Under the pieces are notes generated by a model, which worked only from the letters and a program-made list of their open reading frames with translations, was not told where the DNA came from and ran no database searches. Made by a program: the position numbers and the translations under genes. From the sequence record OQ828465.1: 64,000 bases of DNA. One strand, given 5' to 3'. Shown piece after piece: positions 1-18,413 of this stretch. The first letter of the stretch is position 1. Each line of letters starts with the position of its first letter.

Positions 1-41
1 ACTATAATTTTTCAGAAACTGTGTAATATTTAAGCGCATGA

Positions 42-1694
42 TTAATCCCTTTGTTTGGGTTCCCCAGTCATGTACCGAAGAGTTAAATTGAGTGTATGGA
101 TACCAACACTAAATGCCAGTCGACCATCGGCATGTATATATGCAATACGTTTCTTAAAGAAAGCATCTGTTTCAGCGATAGCTTCCTCTGAATAAACTGC
201 GTTAAATGATACAGTGTCCCCGTCGAAATCCGCCCCCAATGGCGCGAGAATAGAAGGAGAGATGGATACTGAGTCATGCCACTGGGCTGGTTTATTTAAT
301 TCAAACACAGGGAATTCTAAGGCTGGTTCCAACGTATCATCACGTTCCCATTGATCATTTAACGGATAACGTAATTCACCCACTACGGTTGTTTTAACAT
401 ACATCTTACAGGGGATAGAGCTATTGTAGTTTTCTACAGGATATCGTGTAACAAACGCTGAGTTTGTTCGCCACATACTTAATCCACTAAGGTAAACTAA
501 TTCGGCATAAGTAATAGGTCTAACAAATTTCTTATTTAGATTAGTAGGTAACTCATCGATGTTGCGGAATATTTTAAAATTCTGTTTATCATCAACGTAA
601 ATAAGGGCTAGATAATGATCAGCAATTTCAATTGCACGTGAACGTTTTTCAATGACATCTAACTCATTGATGATTTGTTCTTGCCCTTCAGGAGTTCCCC
701 ATAGATCCATATCTTCGTTAGAGATATCAACCCATTCTAAACGTAGTGTTTTCTTATTGATGAGCTGTACAGTGTTAGTAACTGTATCAAACACTTCACC
801 AACTACACCTTGCCTTAGTGCAAAGATTGTACGCGGTGCAACTGAACGAGCTGCTTGATGTAAGCCAACTACGGCATCTTTGAATGTTGGTCGATTAGGT
901 GAATCAAGATCAGCAGCATTAGTATCTAGCGAACTAATGACGTTACGTGTACCATTGGCAATACGACGGGATGCCCATTTAGATTGAATGTATCCACGTT
1001 TACCGGATAGCAGTCGTTCATAATGTTCATAAATAGCTAATACGGTGTTTTGCATTGCTACTCGTTTGCGATCATAGATACTCAAGTCATCATTTGGTCC
1101 AAAGCTATCAGGTACACCAAACGACTGATTTAATAGATACCTATAGTGTTCATTGATCTCATCCATCTCAACACGATTATTCTCATCAATCTCTGCATCA
1201 CGATAAGCGGCTGGTGTTACAAGCATGTCTTTAAAAATACAGTTATCTTTATATTTTTCGATTAATTGTAACCTTGATAGCCGAACCCCTGACTTAGTGG
1301 ACCCAAAGTCAATTCGTTTCCAGTTATCAAAAAAGAATGTATAACCAGTTTTACCAGTTAGTTCATCGGCGCGGATAAAATCTTTAATAGATTCGTCAAA
1401 TACTGCAAATGCCTTACCAAGAATAATTTCTTCATAGAAAGCTTTTAATTTAATTAAGTTTCGATATACAGCTGGATGGATAAGTTCTAAACCTAAATGA
1501 ATATATCCAAATAAACTCTCACGATCAGTTGATCCAACTCTTCCAAAAATGGAAACAGAGAACAAACCATCTTCATGAAAGTTACCACCTAAACCTTCAA
1601 ATATCTCATGACTCTTTACTTGACCTAAGAACTTTAATTGTTCTTTAGTAGGAATAAGTAAAGAAATATTAAAAGGAACTAATGCCTTCTTCAT
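42..1694 (-). CDS. Virion RNA polymerase beta-prime-like subunit (phiKZ gp180-like)
   Basis: Catalytic motif GADFDGD near the C-terminus; N-terminal GLFSxxIFG and FGYIHL beta-prime motifs; divergent from the gp181-like gene. Confidence 0.93.
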   Translation of the reverse strand: MKKALVPFNISLLIPTKEQLKFLGQVKSHEIFEGLGGNFHEDGLFSVSIFGRVGSTDRESLFGYIHLGLELIHPAVYRNLIKLKAFYEEIILGKAFAVFDESIKDFIRADELTGKTGYTFFFDNWKRIDFGSTKSGVRLSRLQLIEKYKDNCIFKDMLVTPAAYRDAEIDENNRVEMDEINEHYRYLLNQSFGVPDSFGPNDDLSIYDRKRVAMQNTVLAIYEHYERLLSGKRGYIQSKWASRRIANGTRNVISSLDTNAADLDSPNRPTFKDAVVGLHQAARSVAPRTIFALRQGVVGEVFDTVTNTVQLINKKTLRLEWVDISNEDMDLWGTPEGQEQIINELDVIEKRSRAIEIADHYLALIYVDDKQNFKIFRNIDELPTNLNKKFVRPITYAELVYLSGLSMWRTNSAFVTRYPVENYNSSIPCKMYVKTTVVGELRYPLNDQWERDDTLEPALEFPVFELNKPAQWHDSVSISPSILAPLGADFDGDTVSFNAVYSEEAIAETDAFFKKRIAYIHADGRLAFSVGIHTLNLTLRYMTGEPKQRD

Positions 1695-1757
1695 TTTCTA
1701 TTTTCCTATTTTGGTAATACTAAGTTAAACAACGATATGATACTTTACTAATCGTCA

Positions 1758-10530
<8,773 letters not shown>

Positions 10531-10588
10531 ATACTTGGAATAGTTATTTATTGTAACCATTCTTAAACCAATGTAATAGGTAATTAAC

Positions 10589-10894
10589 ATGTCTCTACTT
10601 AAAAAGATCGGTCTAGCTTTAATTGGATCAGAAGGACGTAAGGAAGTTTTTGAACAAGAATTAACTAAACTATCAAATTCTAATGCAGTTATTGATCAAA
10701 TGGTGATTAATTTACTGGGTAGTAAGAAGAAGTTAGATGACTTCCTAATTAAAGCTGAAGAAATTGATAATAAGAAACTAGGCTTCATTAAAAATCGAGC
10801 CGAACTTATTAAACTAGTCAAATCTAAATATTCACAAGACCCTCGGGTTGCCGATGTAGTAGTGTCACTTTACATTGGTGGTTTCATTTATTGA
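10589..10894 (+). CDS. Hypothetical protein
   Basis: 101-aa ORF with AGGT SD. Confidence 0.7.
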   Translation: MSLLKKIGLALIGSEGRKEVFEQELTKLSNSNAVIDQMVINLLGSKKKLDDFLIKAEEIDNKKLGFIKNRAELIKLVKSKYSQDPRVADVVVSLYIGGFIY

Positions 10895-10901
10895 GGTAAG
10901 T

Positions 10902-11594
10902 ATGTCTAAACCTAATCTTGAGTGGTTAGCTTCCTTAGAAAGTAAAGAAGCTAAGAGTACAGTAGATTCTTCCGATATGGATAATGATCAAAAGGAAGGT
11001 AGCGATAAGTCTCAACAAGATGAAGCTACTGAACCTGAGAAGAAAATTACTGCAACTGATGTACAAATTGCAATTGAAGAATATGCGCGTATCCGTGCAT
11101 TAACCACTACTAAAGATCTTCCAACTGACCCTGAACCAGGTGATACTTATCATGTAAATGGGGTAGATTGGATTTATCAAGAAGATGGTGGATGGGTAAC
11201 TATGCAAGGTATTTATGGCCATGAACATTTTGATGAAAATGGTCTAAATATTGAAGCAAGTGGTATTGATCAGAAATCAGGTGCAACTAAACGTTATGTG
11301 GTAACTGGTTATAATGCTCAGACTAACCCAGCTGCTATGCCTGGTGATAATCTGACTGAATGTGTTATCCTAATGCAGAATGGACTTGTTCCAGAAGTTG
11401 GTGTAAATGGCCTAACTGCTGACTGTCTACTTAAAATCGTTAAAGATTTATTTGAAGGTTATCAAGCAGGCCCATTTGCATGTGAAGAGAATCAGGTAGT
11501 GATTAATTCAATGGACCGTGCTCTTAGTGCAATTCATCAACGCCTCGTAAGACGTAAAGAACAAGGTACTGAAGGTACCTATAGTGGTAATTGA
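10902..11594 (+). CDS. Probable minor capsid protein (gp184-like); start moved from 10875 to ATG 10902
   Basis: GAGGT SD before 10902; acidic N-terminal half; gp number by gene count from gp181. Confidence 0.6.
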   Translation: MSKPNLEWLASLESKEAKSTVDSSDMDNDQKEGSDKSQQDEATEPEKKITATDVQIAIEEYARIRALTTTKDLPTDPEPGDTYHVNGVDWIYQEDGGWVTMQGIYGHEHFDENGLNIEASGIDQKSGATKRYVVTGYNAQTNPAAMPGDNLTECVILMQNGLVPEVGVNGLTADCLLKIVKDLFEGYQAGPFACEENQVVINSMDRALSAIHQRLVRRKEQGTEGTYSGN

Positions 11595-11601
11595 CATAAA
11601 T

Positions 11602-11626
11602 GCCTCCCTTCGGGGAGGCTTTATTT
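11602..11626 (+). terminator. Intrinsic terminator (UUCG loop)
   Basis: GCCTCCC-TTCG-GGGAGGC-TTTATTT. Confidence 0.9.
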
Positions 11627-11649
11627 CGTATTAAAAAAAATTTGAGATT

Positions 11650-11657
11650 TATATTAC
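11650..11657 (+). promoter_or_regulatory. phiKZ-type early promoter
   Basis: TATATTAC with an AT-rich upstream region, just after a terminator. Confidence 0.8.
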
Positions 11658-11702
11658 TAGTGTGTAATTAGGAAACCATCTATCTAGTAAAGAGGAATCA
11701 CA

Positions 11703-12257
11703 ATGAGCGTTGTAATTTTCACTGCCAGACCTATTGGTTATAAAGTTCCTGGCGCTAATTCCACTGTAAATAAGTTTGCACTAAATACAGCTAATGCACC
11801 TAGTGTATATAGTTCTTCACCAGGATCACCAATTACTGCTCAGGAGAGTAGTTGTATCTATACACTCACTTCAAATCATGAGTTAATCGCTGGGGACACC
11901 GATAAAGATAACTCCCTAATGAGTTTCAAACTAGTGCTTGCGTATAATAACGATACAGCTAATTATCTAATTAGTACGCAGGTTATTGATAGTATCGATA
12001 AACTAAAAGGAGTGGAAATTATTAGTGAACTCAGTTTCAGTGTAATTGATACTGGTGCACATATGATCCGTAGAGTGAATTCGATCGGTGTATGTGAGGC
12101 TGTCGCCGCTCGATGGTCTCCAGTTGCAATTGAACACGTGGCTAAAGCAACCGAGCGTGAGCACCCTGGTACTCCCATCGGTGATGCTCGTGAGATGATC
12201 GACTCTGGTGAAGACCTGGGTGACGTATGTACTTCATATATCAAATCGAGTAACTAG
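11703..12257 (+). CDS. Hypothetical early protein
   Basis: 184-aa ORF with GAGG SD, downstream of an early promoter. Confidence 0.75.
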   Translation: MSVVIFTARPIGYKVPGANSTVNKFALNTANAPSVYSSSPGSPITAQESSCIYTLTSNHELIAGDTDKDNSLMSFKLVLAYNNDTANYLISTQVIDSIDKLKGVEIISELSFSVIDTGAHMIRRVNSIGVCEAVAARWSPVAIEHVAKATEREHPGTPIGDAREMIDSGEDLGDVCTSYIKSSN

Positions 12258-12258
12258 C

Positions 12259-12501
12259 ATGGTAGATAAAGACAAAACAATGGTAGATTTGATTAAGTCA
12301 GCGCAAGAACTGACTTCACATCTTGGCCCACTGAATAAAGTATTAACTACCATTAATCTAATTGGTATGCCAGATGCTTTAAAAGAAGTAGTTAAACTCC
12401 CCGATGTAAAATGTGTTGTATATAAACGACCATTAACTGATAATCTAATTAAGGTTGTCTTTAATGATGGTAGTTGCTTTGTGATAAAAGATGTAAATTA
12501 A
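12259..12501 (+). CDS. Hypothetical protein (80 aa; ATG 12259 preferred over GTG 12208)
   Basis: ATG lies 1 nt after the upstream stop codon. Confidence 0.6.
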   Translation: MVDKDKTMVDLIKSAQELTSHLGPLNKVLTTINLIGMPDALKEVVKLPDVKCVVYKRPLTDNLIKVVFNDGSCFVIKDVN

Positions 12502-12531
12502 ACCACCACCGTAAATAGAGAGAGTACTAAA

Positions 12532-12936
12532 ATGTCCATCGAAACCACCAAGAAGTTTATCGAAACCCACAACCTAAATGAAAAAGTAAGCATGTCTGAT
12601 GCCGGGGTATTTGAGATCCCTGACGGTCTATTTGAAGAAGTTGTTCTTCAACCAGCAGGCGTTACTGCCGAGCAGTATGCGCAGGTACATGAAGGTGCAG
12701 GTCAACTAGCAGCGGCTGTAAGTTATGTATTTGCTGAAAAAGCCGCACCGTACATGAAAGAAAATGAAAGCATTGCTGAGCTTGGTTATTCTTATAATGC
12801 AGGCGGTGCAACTGTTTCTGGTATCATTGATCGCAGTGGTGCTCTTGTAACAGTTGTAGATACCAAATATAAGAGTAGCGCTATGACTGACGTTGTTGAA
12901 AGTGTAGCCAGCTTCTTTGAAGATGTCAATAGCTAA
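12532..12936 (+). CDS. Hypothetical acidic protein
   Basis: 134-aa ORF with GAGAG SD, followed by a terminator. Confidence 0.8.
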   Translation: MSIETTKKFIETHNLNEKVSMSDAGVFEIPDGLFEEVVLQPAGVTAEQYAQVHEGAGQLAAAVSYVFAEKAAPYMKENESIAELGYSYNAGGATVSGIIDRSGALVTVVDTKYKSSAMTDVVESVASFFEDVNS

Positions 12937-12963
12937 TATATACTAGCTATTTCAATATAATAA

Positions 12964-12997
12964 GATCAGTGGGTGCATTGCCCACTGGTCATTTTTT
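12964..12997 (+). terminator. Intrinsic terminator
   Basis: GATCAGTGGG-loop-CCCACTGGTC-ATTTTTT. Confidence 0.85.
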
Positions 12998-13056
12998 ATA
13001 TTAAAAAAGTTTAATGGCTAAATAGTACATTTTAATAATTTAAGGAACTGAGTATT

Positions 13057-13386
13057 ATGGCGGATCAGAATTTATTTAAAGAAGTTCATGGTGATAATAA
13101 AAAATCACATTCTGACAATATCAAATATAATCTAGTTATTGCAATTGTACAAACTGCCCGTCAAAAAGCCATTTCTCAAAAAGTATTGATTGATGATGTT
13201 TTCACTAAACTAGGCATCTCTGATGAACTTAGTGAGAATATTAAAATGTTTAATTTACCAGCTTTAAGCATTGATGTATTAGTTGATGTTCTATATAGCT
13301 TAGGTTATAGAGCTTCATTAGAATTATCGCAACAAGATTTAGAAGATAATGTTGAAGCAGTAATTAAACTTAAGATGAGGGATTAG
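13057..13386 (+). CDS. Putative XRE-like helix-turn-helix protein
   Basis: Pattern SQKVL..KLGIS..LS...LSIDVLVDVLYSLGYRASLEL resembles HTH_37/XRE proteins. Confidence 0.5.
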   Translation: MADQNLFKEVHGDNKKSHSDNIKYNLVIAIVQTARQKAISQKVLIDDVFTKLGISDELSENIKMFNLPALSIDVLVDVLYSLGYRASLELSQQDLEDNVEAVIKLKMRD

Positions 13387-13388
13387 TA

Positions 13389-14447
13389 ATGAATGGTTTA
13401 TTTGTATGTATCGAAGGAACTGAAGGTGTTGGTAAAACAACTGTTACAAAGATGGTTGTTGAGGAACTACGTAAGCGCAATTACGATGTAGTAGCAATGC
13501 GTGAACCAGGTGGTACAGCTACATCGGAAAAGATTCGACAAATGTTAATTTGGCCAGAATTTAAAGATGAAGTTCGTCCGCCAGAATTCGATGTATTGAT
13601 GCATAGTGCAGGTAGGATGCTTAATGTAGAAAACATTATTCGACCTGCTTTAAAAGATGATAAAATCGTTATCACTGAACGTTTCATTGCATCTACTTAT
13701 GCTCTTAATGTAGTACCTTTTGAAGAAACTAATCCATACCTATCAAAACTATTTATGGATATTCTTCAAGGAACACTACATTCTATTCCAGAACCGGCTA
13801 CTTTCTTTTTAACTGCTCCTGAAGAAGTTCGTAAAAAACGAATTGAAATGCGCGACCGAGGTCTTGACTATTATGAGTCTAAGGGTTCCAGTTACTTTAA
13901 TAAAGTAGATGAAGGTTATGGACGCTTAATTAATCAACCTAGTTCAATTGTTGTAGATACCAATCGCGATCTAGACATCATTGTTAATGAGATTGTTGAA
14001 TCAATTATTTTCCTGCGTGATAAACAGAAAAATAAACAATCATCATTTGATGAACAACTAGCTAAAACTACAACTAGTGATCAGTTTGATGATAGTGTAA
14101 GTTCTGAAATACCATGGAATGATGAACAGCAAGAAGATACTGTCGCAACAACCGATGACACTATTAATTTTGATCTAGATGCTGAAATCAGTAAGTATCT
14201 TGATGAAAATATTATCCCTCAGTTATTCGAAGGTGATGATCGTTTCCTTGCATCTGGTAAGGTTGTGGCACAGAAGTACTGCCAACGAGTTTACGATCAG
14301 CTACCTGATAGTGAAAAGCACAAGATGTTCTTAGGTTCAAATAAAGAACGTCTAAATCAACAAATTCATAGTTTACTTTACTATGGACATCAATTAGATG
14401 CATTCATTGCAGAAAATGATCTAATTGGTAAAACACTCTGGAAATAA
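13389..14447 (+). CDS. tmk: Thymidylate kinase with C-terminal extension (gp188-like)
   Basis: FVCIEGTEGVGKTT P-loop, REPGGT and ITERFIAST motifs. Confidence 0.93.
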   Translation: MNGLFVCIEGTEGVGKTTVTKMVVEELRKRNYDVVAMREPGGTATSEKIRQMLIWPEFKDEVRPPEFDVLMHSAGRMLNVENIIRPALKDDKIVITERFIASTYALNVVPFEETNPYLSKLFMDILQGTLHSIPEPATFFLTAPEEVRKKRIEMRDRGLDYYESKGSSYFNKVDEGYGRLINQPSSIVVDTNRDLDIIVNEIVESIIFLRDKQKNKQSSFDEQLAKTTTSDQFDDSVSSEIPWNDEQQEDTVATTDDTINFDLDAEISKYLDENIIPQLFEGDDRFLASGKVVAQKYCQRVYDQLPDSEKHKMFLGSNKERLNQQIHSLLYYGHQLDAFIAENDLIGKTLWK

Positions 14448-14484
14448 AATTAATTTATTATTTCGTAATTGGTGAAGAAATTAA

Positions 14485-14736
14485 ATGAGCACTACCCTGA
14501 CTCTGAAAGAATCTAAATACATCCCTGCAACTAATCTAGATAACCTAGAAGATTATATTGGTCGTACTTTTCTAGTCGAACGAAATGGCGTGTCTACAGC
14601 GCATAAGCTAATTAAACTCTCTCGCCGAGATGTTTATCTTGGTTATCCGGATGGTAGGGAAGATTCATTTACATTGTCTATTAATAAATTCCGGAAGTTT
14701 TATAAACTAGCACCATCTAATCGCGATAAAAAATAA
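14485..14736 (+). CDS. Hypothetical protein
   Basis: 83-aa ORF. Confidence 0.7.
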   Translation: MSTTLTLKESKYIPATNLDNLEDYIGRTFLVERNGVSTAHKLIKLSRRDVYLGYPDGREDSFTLSINKFRKFYKLAPSNRDKK

Positions 14737-14749
14737 AATACGATATAAT

Positions 14750-14777
14750 AGAGTCCCCATTACGGGGACTCTTCTTT
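14750..14777 (+). terminator. Intrinsic terminator
   Basis: AGAGTCCCC-ATTAC-GGGGACTCT-TCTTT. Confidence 0.85.
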
Positions 14778-14805
14778 ATAATTTTTTTGTTAAAAGGTAT
14801 ATCAA

Positions 14806-15246
14806 GTGTTCAATAGAATTGTTAGAGCTTTTCACATTATCGATAAAGACCAATCTAAACATGGTGAACTAGATCTACCACAATGGCCAGCCTATGTATC
14901 GGTTACTCCTAAAGTTATCGATATTAGGGATAAAGAATTTAATTATCATGGTTTTATTTCACATATCAATGCCCCTTTAAAAGTTATAAAACCAGATGAA
15001 TATATTAAAGCCAGGTATACTTTATCTTCATACTTTATCCATCAGAATGAAGGAGATGATGATCCAGTTGATGCACCAGGTTTTAGTATTGACATTGAAT
15101 ACAGGTTAGTTACTCAAAATACTAAGACATGGCATTTAGATATCAACATCATCACTGATAAATCAATTAGTTACAATATCGAAAGTATTCTAAATGCGGA
15201 ATTCATGTGTCAATGTCCATTTAATCTTTATATAAACGGTAAATAG
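14806..15246 (+). CDS. Hypothetical protein (GTG start)
   Basis: 146-aa ORF with AAGGT SD. Confidence 0.7.
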   Translation: MFNRIVRAFHIIDKDQSKHGELDLPQWPAYVSVTPKVIDIRDKEFNYHGFISHINAPLKVIKPDEYIKARYTLSSYFIHQNEGDDDPVDAPGFSIDIEYRLVTQNTKTWHLDINIITDKSISYNIESILNAEFMCQCPFNLYINGK

Positions 15247-15273
15247 CTAATCATTTATAATAGAGGAAAGAGT

Positions 15274-16065
15274 ATGTTTAAATCCTTGAACTTTAACTAC
15301 ACCACTCAACCTTCTACTGAAGGTATCTGTTTGTATATCGGTCATGGCGATATTGGACTACTTGAGGGTAATAAATTTTCAACTGATATTACTAAGAAAT
15401 TAGAACAATGTCCTTATTACCTACATGTTACTGTTGGTGAATCAAATACAGCTAACCAATTGACCATTACTGGTTATACTAATAACCAACCTAACATCCG
15501 TAGTTGGCATGGTCAAGAAGCTATGGACATTCTGCTGAATAATATCAACAGCAATAACAATGTGGTGCAACGAGAACTTAACTTTGAAGTACTCATTGAA
15601 TCAGTTGAACGTAAAGACCCGCGCGTTATTATACTAATGGCGCTAGGTGCACTTCCATCTCAAGATTACCCTGGTCATTTTAATGATTTAGCATCCGATA
15701 AGCAACTATTCAAACGAGAAGGCTCTTTCATTGATTATAATGAAAAAGAATATAGTGATACATACAATACCATTACACGCAAATTATTTAACCTGTGTGG
15801 CTGTGGTCATCCAGAAGCAGAGTTGCGTTATATTGATGACGTATTGGATATATATCGCCAAGGTTGGAATACTTCTAAACGTAATGAATGTGATAAGAAA
15901 TATGGATTTGGTCCGACTACATTCATGCTACATTATCTAGATAGTCTTGGATTTGCCGAGCATGGTACAGGCGCGGCCGGTTGGCTGCTCGATGAAGGTG
16001 CATGGGTTAATGTATTAGTAAAATTGGCAATTAAGGAAACCGAGGGTGGATGCACTGATGTTTAA
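15274..16065 (+). CDS. Hypothetical protein with CGCGxP and EHG-x5-WL motifs
   Basis: 263-aa ORF with GAGG SD. Confidence 0.75.
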   Translation: MFKSLNFNYTTQPSTEGICLYIGHGDIGLLEGNKFSTDITKKLEQCPYYLHVTVGESNTANQLTITGYTNNQPNIRSWHGQEAMDILLNNINSNNNVVQRELNFEVLIESVERKDPRVIILMALGALPSQDYPGHFNDLASDKQLFKREGSFIDYNEKEYSDTYNTITRKLFNLCGCGHPEAELRYIDDVLDIYRQGWNTSKRNECDKKYGFGPTTFMLHYLDSLGFAEHGTGAAGWLLDEGAWVNVLVKLAIKETEGGCTDV

Positions 16066-16783
16066 ATTATCGATGCGTGTATTTTGTGCGGTATTTCTGA
16101 TTAGTATCGGCATGTGTACTAAAGCTAGTGTTAATTACGAACCACTTGCTTTTTATGGTGTACCACTATTCTACTCTAATCATACTCCGCGAATTGCTCC
16201 ATGTAACTTCGACCAACAATCTGGACTTGGTAGTTGCGGATGGACTAGTTATCCAGAATATTCAGTTATTCCATTAGTTAAACCAAGTGATCCAACTAAA
16301 CAGATTCTTGTTAATTATTCGATGTATCAAGAAGTCATCTGTAATGATGAACAATGCTTTACTTCTGATTATCATGAGCCGTATGGTTTACTTTCAGGAT
16401 TTAAAGGCACCACATATTGGTCTGTGCCAACTGGTTATTATCTACTAAATGGACCCAATGGTGTACATGGTGTTAAGTTTGGTAACGGACCATTAAAAGA
16501 TAATTATCCTATTCGTGATATTTACATGATAAATAATGATAGAGATATTGATGGCGAATACCTCTCTCTAAAAAATACTAAGGGAATTTATAATGTGATG
16601 TGTAGTCCATTGACCCAGATGTGTAAATATTTGGGTAAAGAGTACACTCTATTGGAACTAAACCAATTGATTCCTTTTGTAAAGACTACCATTTGTGATG
16701 AATACCTTTGTTACATCGATAATAGTAAAGGCAAGGTTGCAGGCATAAATCCAAAACGAAAGGATATTTATGAGGGGTTATAA
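16058..16783 (+). CDS. Putative exported cysteine-rich protein (start probably 16058)
   Basis: Signal-peptide-like N-terminus; several C-x3-5-C pairs. Confidence 0.65.
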   Translation: MFKLSMRVFCAVFLISIGMCTKASVNYEPLAFYGVPLFYSNHTPRIAPCNFDQQSGLGSCGWTSYPEYSVIPLVKPSDPTKQILVNYSMYQEVICNDEQCFTSDYHEPYGLLSGFKGTTYWSVPTGYYLLNGPNGVHGVKFGNGPLKDNYPIRDIYMINNDRDIDGEYLSLKNTKGIYNVMCSPLTQMCKYLGKEYTLLELNQLIPFVKTTICDEYLCYIDNSKGKVAGINPKRKDIYEGL

Positions 16784-17145
16784 TGAATATTACCAATATA
16801 AAGCTCATCCAAACGATGGATGATGTATTGAAGGAACTCACGAAATATCATGATAACCTCAAGTCTCATGTAGATATTAAAATAGAGGTTTCACCGTGGG
16901 GCGCTAAGTGTACACTCTTGTCTGAGGATACGGTTCGTAAGGTAGTTGTTGAAATCAATATAGATAAACCACTAAATATGTGCGTAACCTATTTCTTTGA
17001 TGAGAAAGTGGTTACTAAGATTAACAAAGATAATTCACATCACCATACTGAATTAGCTAAACAAATAAATACGTTCTTTTCGGATACAAGTATCCCAACA
17101 CGAACATTCGATTACCATGGGTTCCTAGATTATCTTGGATTCTAA
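16783..17145 (+). CDS. Hypothetical protein
   Basis: 120-aa ORF, TAATG-coupled to the upstream gene. Confidence 0.75.
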   Translation: MNITNIKLIQTMDDVLKELTKYHDNLKSHVDIKIEVSPWGAKCTLLSEDTVRKVVVEINIDKPLNMCVTYFFDEKVVTKINKDNSHHHTELAKQINTFFSDTSIPTRTFDYHGFLDYLGF

Positions 17146-17157
17146 AAGGAGATTACA

Positions 17158-17514
17158 ATGGGTTCTCTAACTCTTGAAACAGGGCGACAGATTGAGCATT
17201 ATTTGCTGAATGCTATTAGTACCCATATTAATGCATCCCAGATTGACGCTACATTACGTGAAACAGTTAATGTCATCGATAACCCTGTAACAAAACGATC
17301 TATCGCATATGTGGTTGAAAGGGGCAAGGATATCCGCATTGCAGTTTATGATACTAGTAATGATCATCATGCCATGATATCTTATATTGAGTCTGGTGAT
17401 AGTGAATTTAAAGTTCTTAATATGGCACAGGCTGTTCGGATAACCAAATTCTCATTGAATCAATTTGATGAAGCAGCAACATGTGCAGTAAACTGGCTTG
17501 CCGGGAATCCATAA
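17158..17514 (+). CDS. Hypothetical protein
   Basis: 118-aa ORF with AGGAG SD. Confidence 0.8.
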   Translation: MGSLTLETGRQIEHYLLNAISTHINASQIDATLRETVNVIDNPVTKRSIAYVVERGKDIRIAVYDTSNDHHAMISYIESGDSEFKVLNMAQAVRITKFSLNQFDEAATCAVNWLAGNP

Positions 17515-17663
17515 TACGTCATTAATTAAAGTGTCACTACAGCTTAATACTCAATCTCAGTCTAAACACTGATCTGATTAGATTGAAGACTACTGAGTCA
17601 ACCCACTATTACCTAATTCTAATTCGATATAGGTAAATTATAAATACTAAATCAGGTAATGTC

Positions 17664-18038
17664 ATGGATTCATTAAAAATACAAAACATTCTCTTATGCA
17701 ATAAAGCATTCAAGGCGATTGTCGAACATCCACTTCAGATTAAATCTGATAGGTCTACTAGTATTCAAGTATTAAATAATGAATTGAATTATGGGTTGAC
17801 TTATATCTTTCATGATGCTGATTCCACTAGAACTGTGAAATTAACAGTACGTTACGGTAATGTAGTAATCTCATTAGTGGATAGTAATAATAGATTAGAA
17901 AAAGAATTTACCTTTGATAATGAAACTAGTTATCAATTAATGGGTAAAATAGTTTATTGTTATTTACGTAAAAATAAAGATGATTATTATCGTGGATTAA
18001 GTGATAGTGGATATTTACAATGGCTAGGGATTACTTAA
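17664..18038 (+). CDS. Hypothetical protein
   Basis: 124-aa ORF with AGGT SD. Confidence 0.75.
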   Translation: MDSLKIQNILLCNKAFKAIVEHPLQIKSDRSTSIQVLNNELNYGLTYIFHDADSTRTVKLTVRYGNVVISLVDSNNRLEKEFTFDNETSYQLMGKIVYCYLRKNKDDYYRGLSDSGYLQWLGIT

Positions 18039-18039
18039 T

Positions 18040-18402
18040 ATGCTATTTAATAAAGTTATCCGATATTTTAAAAGAAGGCGGTGTAATACGTCTGAATTAA
18101 TTGAGATTAATGAACTTATATTAAAAGCAGCTAGGCGACAGAATTATGATCTAGGCCATTTAATTAGTTATCTTGGTGATGGCAATGATCCAAAATTTAT
18201 TGATTTTATAAAGAAAGAATATTCTGAGATACACGCTTATTACAATTCCGTATTCAACCCAGCTGACTTCGGTAAAAACTATAAGACAAAGTTACATTCT
18301 GATCTATTAGAAGCTGAAACTAAATTAAATAAGTTTAAAGAATTATGTAAAAAACATAATATCGACTATTCACACATTGTTGAAGATGAAATACCTTTCT
18401 AG
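18040..18402 (+). CDS. Hypothetical protein
   Basis: 120-aa ORF. Confidence 0.7.
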   Translation: MLFNKVIRYFKRRRCNTSELIEINELILKAARRQNYDLGHLISYLGDGNDPKFIDFIKKEYSEIHAYYNSVFNPADFGKNYKTKLHSDLLEAETKLNKFKELCKKHNIDYSHIVEDEIPF

Positions 18403-18413
18403 GCGGAAATAAA

